Notes under the pieces: model-generated | What the model was told of the DNA's origin: nothing | Database searches by the model: none | Seen by the model: the letters and a program-made list of their open reading frames with translations, nothing else | Source: a virus | Lineage: Duplodnaviria; Caudoviricetes | Virus record (IMG/VR): IMGVR_UViG_3300037336_000152 | Coordinates: 1-59,133 of that record | Reading direction: 5' to 3' (one strand) | Length of the DNA: 59,133 bases | Program-made: the position numbers and the translations under genes | Part shown: one piece after another, positions 37,298-46,283 of the stretch | How positions within the stretch are numbered: position 1 is the stretch's first letter | How the letters are laid out: the number at the start of each line of letters is the position of its first letter

Positions 37298-38850
37298 TCA
37301 TCCTCGACCCGACTGATATCTCCGACGCGAGCATGACCGGCGCAAATGGCACGTACTGGGACGCCAATGGCGTGCTGCAAACCGCAGCGGCAAATGCGCT
37401 GCGTGTCACGTATGACCCTGCGGATTTGAGCGCGCCGCCGTATGCTCTGATTGAGGGCGAGGCGAGGAATCTGGCCCTTCAAAGCGAAGACCTGACCGCC
37501 AGTTGGACTGTCAGTGTTGCCACGGTCGTACCCAATGCCATCGCAGCGCCAGATGGCGCGCTCACGGCGGATAAACTAGAAGAAACAGCAGTCGCTAATC
37601 AGCACCTTTTCTATCAGATTATGAGTGCTCCAGTGGTTGGCGATGTCTATGCGGTTAGCTGTTTCGCCAAGGCAGCAGAGCGCACCAAGATAGCCATAAC
37701 CATGCACGGAGAGGGCTACTCAGTTTTTGATCTGGCTGCGGGTACTGTCTCACAAGCTGGCGGCAACGTATGCACGATAGCATCGTTGAAGGACGGCTGG
37801 TATCAATGCACCGCTCTTATTACGAAGACCAATACCAACGGCACTTTTCACTTCCTGTTGTGGGAAACGGCCCAGAGTTATCTTGGTGTCGCGGGCCATG
37901 GGGCATACTTTTGGGGCATGGAATGCAAAGCAGGTAAAGCGTCGTCGTACATCAAAACCACCACCGCAGCCGTCACCCGCCCCGCCGACATCATCAGCAC
38001 GACCGGCACATTCCTGGCGTCGAACGTGCCCGAGGATGACGCCCCCGCATACGTGCCCGGCACCTATGCGCTTGGCGCGCAGGTCATTGACTCGCATCTG
38101 GTCTACGAATCGAAAGCCAATGCGAATACTGCTCCGCTGACAGACGCAACAAAGTGGCTGCTGATCGGCGCGACAAATCAGCGGAAGATGCTCGATCAGT
38201 ACAACAACACGGCGACCGAGCATCCCGAGGAAATCGTGTTGACTCTCACGCCGCGCCAGATTGCTCAGGGGTTTTACGTCGGCGAGGTGGATGGGAGCGA
38301 GGTGTCGGTTGTCATGCAGGACAACAACGACAATATTGTCTACTCTCACTCTGAAAGCATGATCCTGTCGAATTCCGGCAGCAGCGCCTTCAACTGGTGC
38401 TTCAAGCGGATTCAGCGGAAGACATATTTTTTCACAGGCGATCTGCCGGTCTACTCAAATCCGCGCGTGACGATCTCGATCAAAAACCCGGGCGGCACGG
38501 CGAAATGCGGGATGTGTGCAGTCGGGCCGCTGATCGACGTGGGCCTGTCGAAATACGGACTCTCCACAGAGATCAAAGACTTCTCGTCATCGACTTTCGC
38601 ATTCGACGGCACCAGCTCGACGATCCAGCGCGGGTACGCGAAAGTGATGTCAGTCGATATGATGGTTGAGAACAGTCAGATCGACTCTGTTCAGCAGCAG
38701 TTGGCCAATTTTCGGCAGCGCCCGGTCGTGTGGGTCGGCGCGGCGATGTACGGCAGCGCGATCATCTACGGAAAATATTCCAGTTTTAAAAATGTGATCG
38801 CTTACCCGGCGCATTCAATCATGTCGCTCAACATTCAAGGAACCGTCTAA
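37294..38850 (+). CDS. Tail tip/distal tail protein with inserted carbohydrate-binding-like domain
   Basis: LIE...RNL...SED...DGWYQC...SSYI.T...VTR.AD insert; GATNQ.KM.D; I.DFS...FDG. Confidence 0.7.
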   Translation: MIILDPTDISDASMTGANGTYWDANGVLQTAAANALRVTYDPADLSAPPYALIEGEARNLALQSEDLTASWTVSVATVVPNAIAAPDGALTADKLEETAVANQHLFYQIMSAPVVGDVYAVSCFAKAAERTKIAITMHGEGYSVFDLAAGTVSQAGGNVCTIASLKDGWYQCTALITKTNTNGTFHFLLWETAQSYLGVAGHGAYFWGMECKAGKASSYIKTTTAAVTRPADIISTTGTFLASNVPEDDAPAYVPGTYALGAQVIDSHLVYESKANANTAPLTDATKWLLIGATNQRKMLDQYNNTATEHPEEIVLTLTPRQIAQGFYVGEVDGSEVSVVMQDNNDNIVYSHSESMILSNSGSSAFNWCFKRIQRKTYFFTGDLPVYSNPRVTISIKNPGGTAKCGMCAVGPLIDVGLSKYGLSTEIKDFSSSTFAFDGTSSTIQRGYAKVMSVDMMVENSQIDSVQQQLANFRQRPVVWVGAAMYGSAIIYGKYSSFKNVIAYPAHSIMSLNIQGTV

Positions 38851-40178
38851 TGATTACAGTAATGCTCGACATCGAGAAGATGCCGAATCAGTCGCAGCAG
38901 CAGCCAATTTTTGACGCGAATATCGAGAAAGTATTTTCAGATCTTCCGACGTTCGCTGCGCAGATCAATGCGACATCGGCGGGCATGAATGCCATTGCGG
39001 CGGGCGGCGGGATATCGCTGGCATACACGTTCAGCACGAGCACGGCCGATGCTGATCCCGGCCCGAACACGCTGCGCCTCAGCAGTGCAACGCAGAACGC
39101 GGCAACGGTGATGCGGGTCGATCTGACAAGTGGCAGTGTTGATGTGACCGCGATTCTCAACTCGCTGGGCGACTCGACCAGCGTAATTAAAGGCCAGGTC
39201 AAACTGATCAAGCAGACGGACCCAAGCAAATGGCTGGTATTCCATTTAACCTCGATACTCAGTCCTGCTGGCTACCGCAATTTCACGGTGGTCAATGCAG
39301 GTAGCAGCGCAGCATCGCCGTTCGCAAATGGCGATGCTGTCCTGCTGATGTTCACGAGAACCGGCGACAAAGGCGATCTCGGTTTCGATTCGGAATTCAC
39401 GGCGATCGCCAGTGCAGCGACGGTCAACCTCGATGCGACGGTCGGCAATTTCGGGCACATGACCGGCAGCGCCACGGTAACTGCATTCACGCTCGCCCAG
39501 GGTGCGCACAAGCGTGTGGTTGCTGATGGCGCGGCAGTCATCACGAACAATGCGAGCATCATCGTGCAGGGCGGTGCCAACTACGCATGCGAGGCTGGCG
39601 ACATCCTGCTGATCGAAGGCGAGGGTAGCGGCGTCGTGCGCGTCACGATTGATCGCGCCAACGGTCGCTCGCTGAAATCAGCAGAGGACTTGATCGCCTC
39701 TTACACCGTCGGCGCTGCCGTAGCCAACATCGACTACCTGACGCTGTTTTCGAGTGAGTACGACAATTACCGGATCGAGGTGATTGGCGATCTTGGAACG
39801 GCCGCGTCGTCAATCTACATGCGCCTAGCCGTAGCCGGGGCGGTTGACACTGGGTCGAATTACTCGGACGGCCTGGGGGGGGATACAACAACCACAGTGC
39901 TTAACCCTCAGATGGCTATTGGGGTATCAACAACAGTCGGTGGGCGAGGTGGGAATGCCACTATATTGGTAGGCGGCGTAAATAGCTCCAATCGACTAAA
40001 AACCGTGCGGTCGTACGGCATTGCCCAAAACGGCACAGCGCCATCATGGGGGTCGCGCACATTGAATTGCGCATACGTTGCTCCCAATGCTGTTACCGGT
40101 TTCCGGCTCTATAGATCTCTTGGTGGCGACACCTTCGCAGCCGGCACCATTCTGGTCTACGGCCAACGCAAAACATAA
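38850..40178 (+). CDS. Tail fibre / receptor-binding protein
   Basis: YTFSTST.DADPG...IASAATVNL...F...GTI.VYG. Confidence 0.7.
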   Translation: MITVMLDIEKMPNQSQQQPIFDANIEKVFSDLPTFAAQINATSAGMNAIAAGGGISLAYTFSTSTADADPGPNTLRLSSATQNAATVMRVDLTSGSVDVTAILNSLGDSTSVIKGQVKLIKQTDPSKWLVFHLTSILSPAGYRNFTVVNAGSSAASPFANGDAVLLMFTRTGDKGDLGFDSEFTAIASAATVNLDATVGNFGHMTGSATVTAFTLAQGAHKRVVADGAAVITNNASIIVQGGANYACEAGDILLIEGEGSGVVRVTIDRANGRSLKSAEDLIASYTVGAAVANIDYLTLFSSEYDNYRIEVIGDLGTAASSIYMRLAVAGAVDTGSNYSDGLGGDTTTTVLNPQMAIGVSTTVGGRGGNATILVGGVNSSNRLKTVRSYGIAQNGTAPSWGSRTLNCAYVAPNAVTGFRLYRSLGGDTFAAGTILVYGQRKT

Positions 40179-40191
40179 CCCGAGGATGACT

Positions 40192-40641
40192 ATGAAAGTT
40201 GCTGATAACGGCATCGAGCGCGATGCCACGCCGGAAGAAATTGCGGAGATTGAGGCGCGTTCGGTTGTTGACGTGGGCGCACTCAAAGCCGCACTGATCG
40301 CCAGCGTCGATGACACCATCGCCGCAATCTGCGCGCGCTGGCTGCGATTCGAAGCAGGCTATGTCAAGCGCGAGGCGGCGGCGCGCGCGTTTGTCGCTGA
40401 TGCGTATGTTGGCGATCCCGGAATCTGGGTCACTGCGTTTTCGAGCGCAGCCGGAATGACGGACGCCGATGCATCGGACCTGATCATCGTGCAGGCCGAT
40501 GGGCTGCGGGTGGCGCTTGAAAATCTTGAGGCGCTGCGCATGACGAAGTACGGCATTCAGGCTGCGGTAGATGCGATCAGCGCACAGGCGGCGCATGATT
40601 CGATCATCGCGCAGGCAAATGCGATTGCGGGGGCGCTATGA
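40192..40641 (+). CDS. Tail fibre-associated protein
   Basis: RDATPEEIAE motif; follows fibre. Confidence 0.6.
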   Translation: MKVADNGIERDATPEEIAEIEARSVVDVGALKAALIASVDDTIAAICARWLRFEAGYVKREAAARAFVADAYVGDPGIWVTAFSSAAGMTDADASDLIIVQADGLRVALENLEALRMTKYGIQAAVDAISAQAAHDSIIAQANAIAGAL

Positions 40642-40910
40642 ACTTCAAACATGGATTTACCCAACTATTCATCGCATTCGATCAGTTTCTCAACGTTCTG
40701 ACAAATCCGTTCAGCGATGAGACCTGGAGCGACGAAACGCTCTCAGCGCGGTGTGGCCGACTCGGCCATCGCAACCCGTATAAATTCTGGCGCGTCGTCA
40801 TCGACTGGATGTTCGCCTGGCAGGGGCCTGGGCACTGCGTCCGAGCGCATCACAGCGAAATGGCGCGCTATAACTCGCCGCCGTCGACGCGCAGCGCGCC
40901 TGTCAAATGA
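40638..40910 (+). CDS. Conserved phage protein
   Basis: IAFDQFLN...DETLSAR...ID..F...HC. Confidence 0.7.
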   Translation: MNFKHGFTQLFIAFDQFLNVLTNPFSDETWSDETLSARCGRLGHRNPYKFWRVVIDWMFAWQGPGHCVRAHHSEMARYNSPPSTRSAPVK

Positions 40911-41344
40911 GCGGCCAGCACAACGGCGGCGACCGGGCCGGGTCGATATTCAGGATGTATATGGGTGGCGCCGCCATCGCAAACTGGCACATGGCCACCT
41001 ACGAGCCTCGATCGCTGATGCGTCTGGTCAGCGCTTCGGCCGAGGGCGCGATGCTGATCTGGCTGCTGGCGATAGTCGGCCTGGCGGCGCTGCTCGATGC
41101 GGTGATAAACGATTTCCTCCCGCCCCGGTTTCGCTGGCGCGTGGCGCTGCGCCAGAGGCATTTCATCCTGGCAGCCATGGCGTTCTGCTACGTGGCGCAG
41201 CTGTACGTGGCATTCATCTACATGCGGTCCTCCGCCGGACTGCTGCTTCAATACCTCTGGAACGTGGCGGCCATCATGGCGGTTGCGTTTTTCGATGCTC
41301 ACCAGCGATCAAAGGACGCCTCATGCGTGATAGTTTGCAACTGA
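40907..41344 (+). CDS. Multi-TM membrane protein (holin/antiholin candidate)
   Basis: 3-4 hydrophobic segments in lysis cassette. Confidence 0.6.
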   Translation: MSGQHNGGDRAGSIFRMYMGGAAIANWHMATYEPRSLMRLVSASAEGAMLIWLLAIVGLAALLDAVINDFLPPRFRWRVALRQRHFILAAMAFCYVAQLYVAFIYMRSSAGLLLQYLWNVAAIMAVAFFDAHQRSKDASCVIVCN

Positions 41345-41745
41345 TTAAAATGTGCTGGGTCTGGCTCCTGACGTTTTGGAGCGCCAGCGCCTGGGCGGCC
41401 ACCACCACGTTCGCCAGCGACTTGTCGAGCATCCCGGCTGCTGCCGTCGCCGTTGCGCTCGCGCTGTCCCTGATCGGCGGCGCTGCGGCGACCCTGCAGA
41501 AGATCGCCAACCCGGAGTTCGTCGTCAAGTCCGTGCCGCTGGAGATCGTCAAGGATATCTTTGCCTCCGTCGTGGCCGGCCTGGTCACCTACTCGCTTTG
41601 CGCCTGGCAGGAAATCCCACTTCTACTGCAGCCTGGCTGCATCACAATCGCAGGCTATGGCGGCTCGCGCGTGCTTGAGCGGTATCTGGCCGCCGGCATG
41701 AAGCGGATCGATCAGCTCGGCGATATCCCGAAAGGTAAGCCATGA
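41323..41745 (+). CDS. Holin-like membrane protein
   Basis: TM segments; SVVAGLV...AGYGGSRVLE; precedes endolysin. Confidence 0.65.
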   Translation: MRDSLQLIKMCWVWLLTFWSASAWAATTTFASDLSSIPAAAVAVALALSLIGGAAATLQKIANPEFVVKSVPLEIVKDIFASVVAGLVTYSLCAWQEIPLLLQPGCITIAGYGGSRVLERYLAAGMKRIDQLGDIPKGKP

Positions 41746-42257
41746 CGCTCGATCAGCTTAAAAAAATTATGCCACATGCCCGCCTTAGAGCGGGTATTTT
41801 TTTGGAGCCGCTGAATCTGACCATGGCCGAATTCGGGATCGACACGCCGGCGCGGCAGGCTTCGTTTCTATCGCAAGTCGGGCACGAGAGTGGGCAGCTT
41901 CGCTACGTGCGCGAGCTTGCCAGTGGCGCGGCATACGAGGGGCGCAAGGATCTTGGCAACACGCAGCCGGGCGATGGCGTGCGATTCCGGGGCAGGGGCT
42001 TGATTCAGGTGACCGGGCGGGCGAACTACGCCGCTTGCATGATGGCGCTCGATATCGACTGCGTAGATCATCCCGAGCTTCTGGAATTACCTATCAACGC
42101 CTGCCGGTCGGCTGGATGGTTCTGGAAGTCGAACGGCCTGAACGGATTGGCCGATGCTGGCGATCAGCGCAAAGTGACCCGTCGAATAAATGGCGGATAC
42201 AACGGCCTGGATGATCGTCTGGCACTGTTTAGCGTGGCGCAGCGAGTGTTGGCATGA
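41742..42257 (+). CDS. GH19 endolysin
   Basis: FLSQVGHESG, LGN...GDG.RFRGRGLIQVTGRANY, INGG.NGL.DR. Confidence 0.95.
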   Translation: MTLDQLKKIMPHARLRAGIFLEPLNLTMAEFGIDTPARQASFLSQVGHESGQLRYVRELASGAAYEGRKDLGNTQPGDGVRFRGRGLIQVTGRANYAACMMALDIDCVDHPELLELPINACRSAGWFWKSNGLNGLADAGDQRKVTRRINGGYNGLDDRLALFSVAQRVLA

Positions 42258-42775
42258 TCGCGCCCTACGCCATGCTGATCAAGATCGGCGCGGCCATCGC
42301 GCTGGCCCTGGCCATCTTCGCGGGCGGTCACAGCATGGGCGCGCGCGGCGTGCAGGCTGACTGGGACCGGGAAGCGCTGGCCCGGGTCGAGTCCGACAAA
42401 CACGCCATCCTGGCCGCTGTCGCCGCAAACGACGCCGCGCACCGGCTCGACATCAAACAATCACAAAAGGTCATCGCTGATTATGAAAAACGCCTACAAG
42501 AATCTGATTCCCGCATTGATGATGAGCGCGCTGCTGCTGACCGCCAGCGGCTGCGCTTCACCATCGCAGCACGCTCTTGCACTGCCGCTGCCGGCCAAGC
42601 CGCAAGTCCCATCGTCGCTGATGGCGCCGGAACCGAGGAAATCGAGCTACCAGGCCCGATTGCAAACGATCTTCGGCAACTAGCGGAGGACGCGGACCGG
42701 GACATCGCGGCCAGGGATGCGAAAATCGAAGCGCTGCAGCGGTGGGCCCGGGATCGCGGGTTTTACGGGGAATGA
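42254..42775 (+). CDS. Rz-like inner-membrane spanin
   Basis: N-terminal TM, coiled coil, LA..AD...ALQ.W. Confidence 0.8.
   Translation: MIAPYAMLIKIGAAIALALAIFAGGHSMGARGVQADWDREALARVESDKHAILAAVAANDAAHRLDIKQSQKVIADYEKRLQESDSRIDDERAAADRQRLRFTIAARSCTAAAGQAASPIVADGAGTEEIELPGPIANDLRQLAEDADRDIAARDAKIEALQRWARDRGFYGE
42483..42683 (+). CDS. Rz1-like outer-membrane lipoprotein spanin (embedded)
   Basis: Lipobox LLTASGC, Pro-rich, +1 frame within Rz. Confidence 0.8.
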   Translation: MKNAYKNLIPALMMSALLLTASGCASPSQHALALPLPAKPQVPSSLMAPEPRKSSYQARLQTIFGN

Positions 42776-42776
42776 C

Positions 42777-43769
42777 TCAATCCAGCCGGCCTGCAATATC
42801 CTCTGCGCTTGCGTTGTAGTATGTCATTAACTGTTTGATATCTCTATGCCCGACCATGCGCGCCAGGTCCAGCACATCAAGTTTTCTCGCCAGCCTGGTA
42901 ATCGCTTCGTGGCGCGTATCGTGGAACGTCAAGCCTTCAATGGTCGTTCGATTGTCCCTCGCCTTGCGAAACAAGGCGTCGAGCGATGACGACGACAGGC
43001 CGAACAGGTAGGCGGACTCTGGCAGCAGGCCTATAAGTTCCCGCGCGCGAGTGGAAAGCGCCACGGCGCGGCTCGTCCCGTTTTTCGTGTCGCGCAGAAT
43101 CGCGGTCCGGCCGATGATGTCGCCCGGGAGAAGGTTGCAAATCTCACCGGCGCGCATTGCTGTCTCGATAGCGAAAAGGAAAGCTACGGCTACAGCCTGC
43201 ATTTTTGTCCGCGCTGGCCCGCCGTCGAACCCGAGCGCCTCGCAAATCTGCGCCGCCTCTGCATCGCTGATGCGCCGGTCCCGCGCTTTGGACACTCCGG
43301 GTCGCCTCGTGTCGGTCGTCGGGCTGGTCGCAATCCAGCGCCATTCGCGCCTAGCGGTGGAAAATACGTGTGACAGCAGGTTCATATCGCGCACGATCGT
43401 CGACCCGCTTACCACCTTCAGTCGGGAATCACGCCAGGCGCCCAGCACCTCCGGCGTGACCGCGCACAGGCGCAAGCTCCCCAATCTCCCCAATTTCCCC
43501 ACCTCGTGATTCGCCAGGGCGAGAATTCTCCGCTGCTCTGCCGCCGACGTTTTTTTGTGCGCAGATACCTCAGTGGCGTAGCGATCGAACGCGTCCTGCA
43601 TTGTCTTGTCAGTATTTACGCCAGTTTCGACCATGCGCCGCAGTTCGGTTTCCCGCGCTGCTGCCCAAGACTGAGCCTCCGCTTTCGTTGAAACGGTTGT
43701 CGAATCGCGCACGCCGCGCACGTAGACCTGGGCTCGCCAGCCGGATTTTTGTTTTGTGATGGATGCCAT
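42777..43769 (-). CDS. int: Tyrosine integrase
   Basis: ETAMRAGEI, TKNG, FHDTRH, VGH, YY catalytic residues. Confidence 0.95.
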   Translation of the reverse strand: MASITKQKSGWRAQVYVRGVRDSTTVSTKAEAQSWAAARETELRRMVETGVNTDKTMQDAFDRYATEVSAHKKTSAAEQRRILALANHEVGKLGRLGSLRLCAVTPEVLGAWRDSRLKVVSGSTIVRDMNLLSHVFSTARREWRWIATSPTTDTRRPGVSKARDRRISDAEAAQICEALGFDGGPARTKMQAVAVAFLFAIETAMRAGEICNLLPGDIIGRTAILRDTKNGTSRAVALSTRARELIGLLPESAYLFGLSSSSLDALFRKARDNRTTIEGLTFHDTRHEAITRLARKLDVLDLARMVGHRDIKQLMTYYNASAEDIAGRLD

Positions 43770-43770
43770 G

Positions 43771-43963
43771 ATGGGGAGATCATGGGTAAAGTTTGGGGAA
43801 CTGTCAACGGAAACGACCTTGATTAACCTCTTAAATCATGATCTTCACGCCCAAGATTTACCATTATTTCACTCTACCGCCTGTTTTATTGGTGCCCGGA
43901 ACCGGAATCGAACTCCCCGCCTTTGAAGGCGCTGCACTGTCGGCGGGGAGTTTATGGGGAGTT
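43771..43963. other. attP: core 43890-43913 = tRNA 3' end, flanked by arm-type repeats
   Basis: Minus strand GTTCGATTCCGGTTCCGGGCACCA (T-arm + acceptor + CCA, Leu-like); TGGGGAG/TGGGTAA/TGGGGAA repeats at 43772-43800 and GGGGAGTT x2 at about 43945-43963. Confidence 0.85.
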
Positions 43964-43969
43964 GCTGCG

Positions 43970-44230
43970 CTAGTTTTTTTCACGAAACTTTTTGGTCCAT
44001 TCCACAACCTCTATGGCATTGTACAGCGGTCTTGCGCGGCCCTGAGATGGCAGGCGAATTGCTTTTGGGAATGATGTTAGGCAGGTCAACGTATTCTGCA
44101 CATAACTCGAACTGCGCCGCAAATATTTGGCCACGTCCGACAAATCCCAGAGTTGATCAGAAAACGGAACGACCGGCCCGCCAAGTTTTTCGATCAGCGC
44201 ATCAAATCTGTCCAAAAGCTCATCTGTCAT
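43970..44230 (-). CDS. xis: Excisionase (AlpA-like HTH)
   Basis: LWDLSDVAKYL..S...FPKAIRLP...PLY.A.EV.EW; adjacent to attP. Confidence 0.8.
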   Translation of the reverse strand: MTDELLDRFDALIEKLGGPVVPFSDQLWDLSDVAKYLRRSSSYVQNTLTCLTSFPKAIRLPSQGRARPLYNAIEVVEWTKKFREKN

Positions 44231-44732
44231 TTTCAATCCCCTTCGCGGCAATAGCCGCATCATCCGTCCCGACCAGCACTCGGCGTACAGCGCGTGCCCG
44301 GCCACCCTCGTACGACGTGCGGTCGTTGTCCTGGCCGCCACCGTCGAAATCCTGACTCCACGCGCGAGAAGTGTCGGCTGCGTACTGCTCTCTGGACCAA
44401 TAAAGCGTCGCATCGAACTTGTTCTTCAAGTTCGCGTACAGCAGCGCCTGCTCTGATCTGGTTGGCAGGTCACCGCCGATACTGGCCACCCATTCGACAG
44501 CCTTGTCCCACTGGATGTCGCGGGCCTGATCGCTCATGAGGATCAAGTGGTACGAGGGGGCGCCAGTCTCGCTGAGCACAATGCCTGCATAATGCTCGCC
44601 GGAATTGATCTCGATCTCTACGCGGGGGATGGCGAAGATGCGCGGTATCGTCGCCTCATAGGCTGCGATCATGTTTGCAAGCTGCTCCTGCGCGGCTTTG
44701 ATCGCGTCAAGTGTGATGATGGTGGTGGTCAT
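44220..44732 (-). CDS. DUF1566 (Lcl/C-type lectin fold) protein
   Basis: W..A..W...GGDLPTRSEQ.LL...YWS.EQY...AW.Q.F..G.Q...RARAVRR. Confidence 0.85.
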   Translation of the reverse strand: MTTTIITLDAIKAAQEQLANMIAAYEATIPRIFAIPRVEIEINSGEHYAGIVLSETGAPSYHLILMSDQARDIQWDKAVEWVASIGGDLPTRSEQALLYANLKNKFDATLYWSREQYAADTSRAWSQDFDGGGQDNDRTSYEGGRARAVRRVLVGTDDAAIAAKGIENDR

Positions 44733-44760
44733 AGTGACTCCGATAGGAATTGATGAATGA

Positions 44761-45363
44761 TTAAATTGCTAATCTGCGGACAGCGCGCGCCCGGCCCTCG
44801 TACGACCTGTGGCCGTCGTCCTGGTAGCCATCGTTGAAACCCTGATACCACGCGTAAGAAGGGCCGGCTGCGTACTGCGTGGATGACCAGTGCCAGACCG
44901 GATCGATGGACTCTGCCTTGCCGTCCTTGAATGCCTCCACGCTCGTCTGGCCGGGCAAGGCTTCGGTGTAGGGGTAGCCGACTGGCGCGCTGCTCGGGTT
45001 GTCGCCGTCGCGGAAAGACTCGTAGTTCTCTTGGCCGGTCGGCTTGAGGTTTCGATACATCAGCTCGAGCTCGTCGCGGCTAGGGATGTACCAGTCGGTG
45101 TGACCTTCGATGTCGAGACCGCGCGCCCACTCGGCAAGGTCGCTGCCGGCCTCGGCCATGGCGGTAGTGTTCTGCATGCCATCGGAGTAGCTCTGTGCTC
45201 CTGGCAGGGTCTTGGTGCCCGCATTCCAGGGGGCCTTGTGTTCGCCGGCAGCCTTTGGGGAAACGATCAGCGCGAAGGTTCCGCCATCGACATTGATCAG
45301 GCCAGCGAAGAAGCCGCCGGCGAACGCGGCGCCGATGGTTGTGGGAAGTTTTGGTTGGTTCAT
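44761..45363 (-). CDS. DUF1566 (Lcl/C-type lectin fold) protein
   Basis: GHTDWYIPSRDELE...WSSTQY...AWYQ.F..G.Q...RARAVRR. Confidence 0.9.
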   Translation of the reverse strand: MNQPKLPTTIGAAFAGGFFAGLINVDGGTFALIVSPKAAGEHKAPWNAGTKTLPGAQSYSDGMQNTTAMAEAGSDLAEWARGLDIEGHTDWYIPSRDELELMYRNLKPTGQENYESFRDGDNPSSAPVGYPYTEALPGQTSVEAFKDGKAESIDPVWHWSSTQYAAGPSYAWYQGFNDGYQDDGHRSYEGRARAVRRLAI

Positions 45364-45923
45364 TTTGGTTCCTTATTGGTGTTGGTGGCAGGTGCGGTCA
45401 CGGCCTCGCCGGCATTCACAGGGGTGGGCTTCATAAATACCAGCCAGTGCGTCATGCCGCTGCGCCCGGAGATTTGCCCGAATAGCGGCTTTTGATCCGT
45501 CAACGCAAGAACTTCGGCCAGCTTGACCTGCGTTTCATTCCACTTGAACACCAGCACGCCTTCCGGCTCAAGCACGCGGAAGCACTCGGCGAACCCAGCG
45601 CGCAAGTCCGAGCGCCAGTCGTCGGACAGCTTCCCGTACTTGGCGGCCAGCCAACTACGCGGGCCAGCACGTTCCAAGTGCGGCGGGTCGAATGCGACCA
45701 GTCGGAAGGTGTCGTCAGCGAATGGCATGGCGCGAAAGTCCATGATCTCGTCGGGGGCGATGTGCAGCGTGCGAGTTCCGTCTTCGCGGTGAGTGCGATC
45801 CGTGACGATGATGGTTTCGCTACGCTTATCGCCGAACAGGGTTAGCTGGTGCGCCTTGTCGAACCACATCATGCGACTACCGCAGCACGGGTCTAGTACG
45901 CGCTTTAGAGTGGCGATGCTCAT
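45360..45923 (-). CDS. SAM-dependent methyltransferase (DPPH, probable adenine MTase)
   Basis: LDPCCGSRMMWFDK...FDPPH...ECFRVL...FKWNE. Confidence 0.85.
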   Translation of the reverse strand: MSIATLKRVLDPCCGSRMMWFDKAHQLTLFGDKRSETIIVTDRTHREDGTRTLHIAPDEIMDFRAMPFADDTFRLVAFDPPHLERAGPRSWLAAKYGKLSDDWRSDLRAGFAECFRVLEPEGVLVFKWNETQVKLAEVLALTDQKPLFGQISGRSGMTHWLVFMKPTPVNAGEAVTAPATNTNKEPK

Positions 45924-46150
45924 CAACTCTCCCCTGTCACGTTGCTCTTGAGGGCGCGGATAACGGCGGCACATGACGTTGCCTCCCCTCTACACACCGA
46001 GTAGAAGTCTTGCAAACGCATTGAGTTTTCCTCGTCTCTTACCTCGTCGCCCCACCACGCGGCACGCTTATCAAGCGCTTTTGCAGCCTGCTCAAGCGCC
46101 TGGTCCGCGCCAATGGTTGTGGGAAGTATTGCTGTTTTCAGGTCGGTCAT
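45923..46150 (-). CDS. Hypothetical protein
   Basis: ALEQAAK...CA..IRALK motif. Confidence 0.6.
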   Translation of the reverse strand: MTDLKTAILPTTIGADQALEQAAKALDKRAAWWGDEVRDEENSMRLQDFYSVCRGEATSCAAVIRALKSNVTGES

Positions 46151-46283
46151 GGTTTTGCTTTCTGTGTAGTGGCGAGAGCGGCTGCGGTATGCAGTGCGGC
46201 GTTAAAACCTTGCGAGTACAGTCCGCAGTCACCCCCCGCATGAGGGTTGGCCCATTTCAGCGCCATAATTAGTTCTGAGGGTT

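Noticed and set aside
40717-41322. 342-aa ORF as a single gene
   Set aside because: The 5' part overlaps two better ORFs; only the hydrophobic part from ATG 41323 looks real
43890-43913. tRNA gene
   Set aside because: Only the T-arm/acceptor 3' fragment is present; it is the attP core
44220-45363. Complete diversity-generating retroelement
   Set aside because: No RT, Avd or adenine-rich template seen; neither copy is the all-A template
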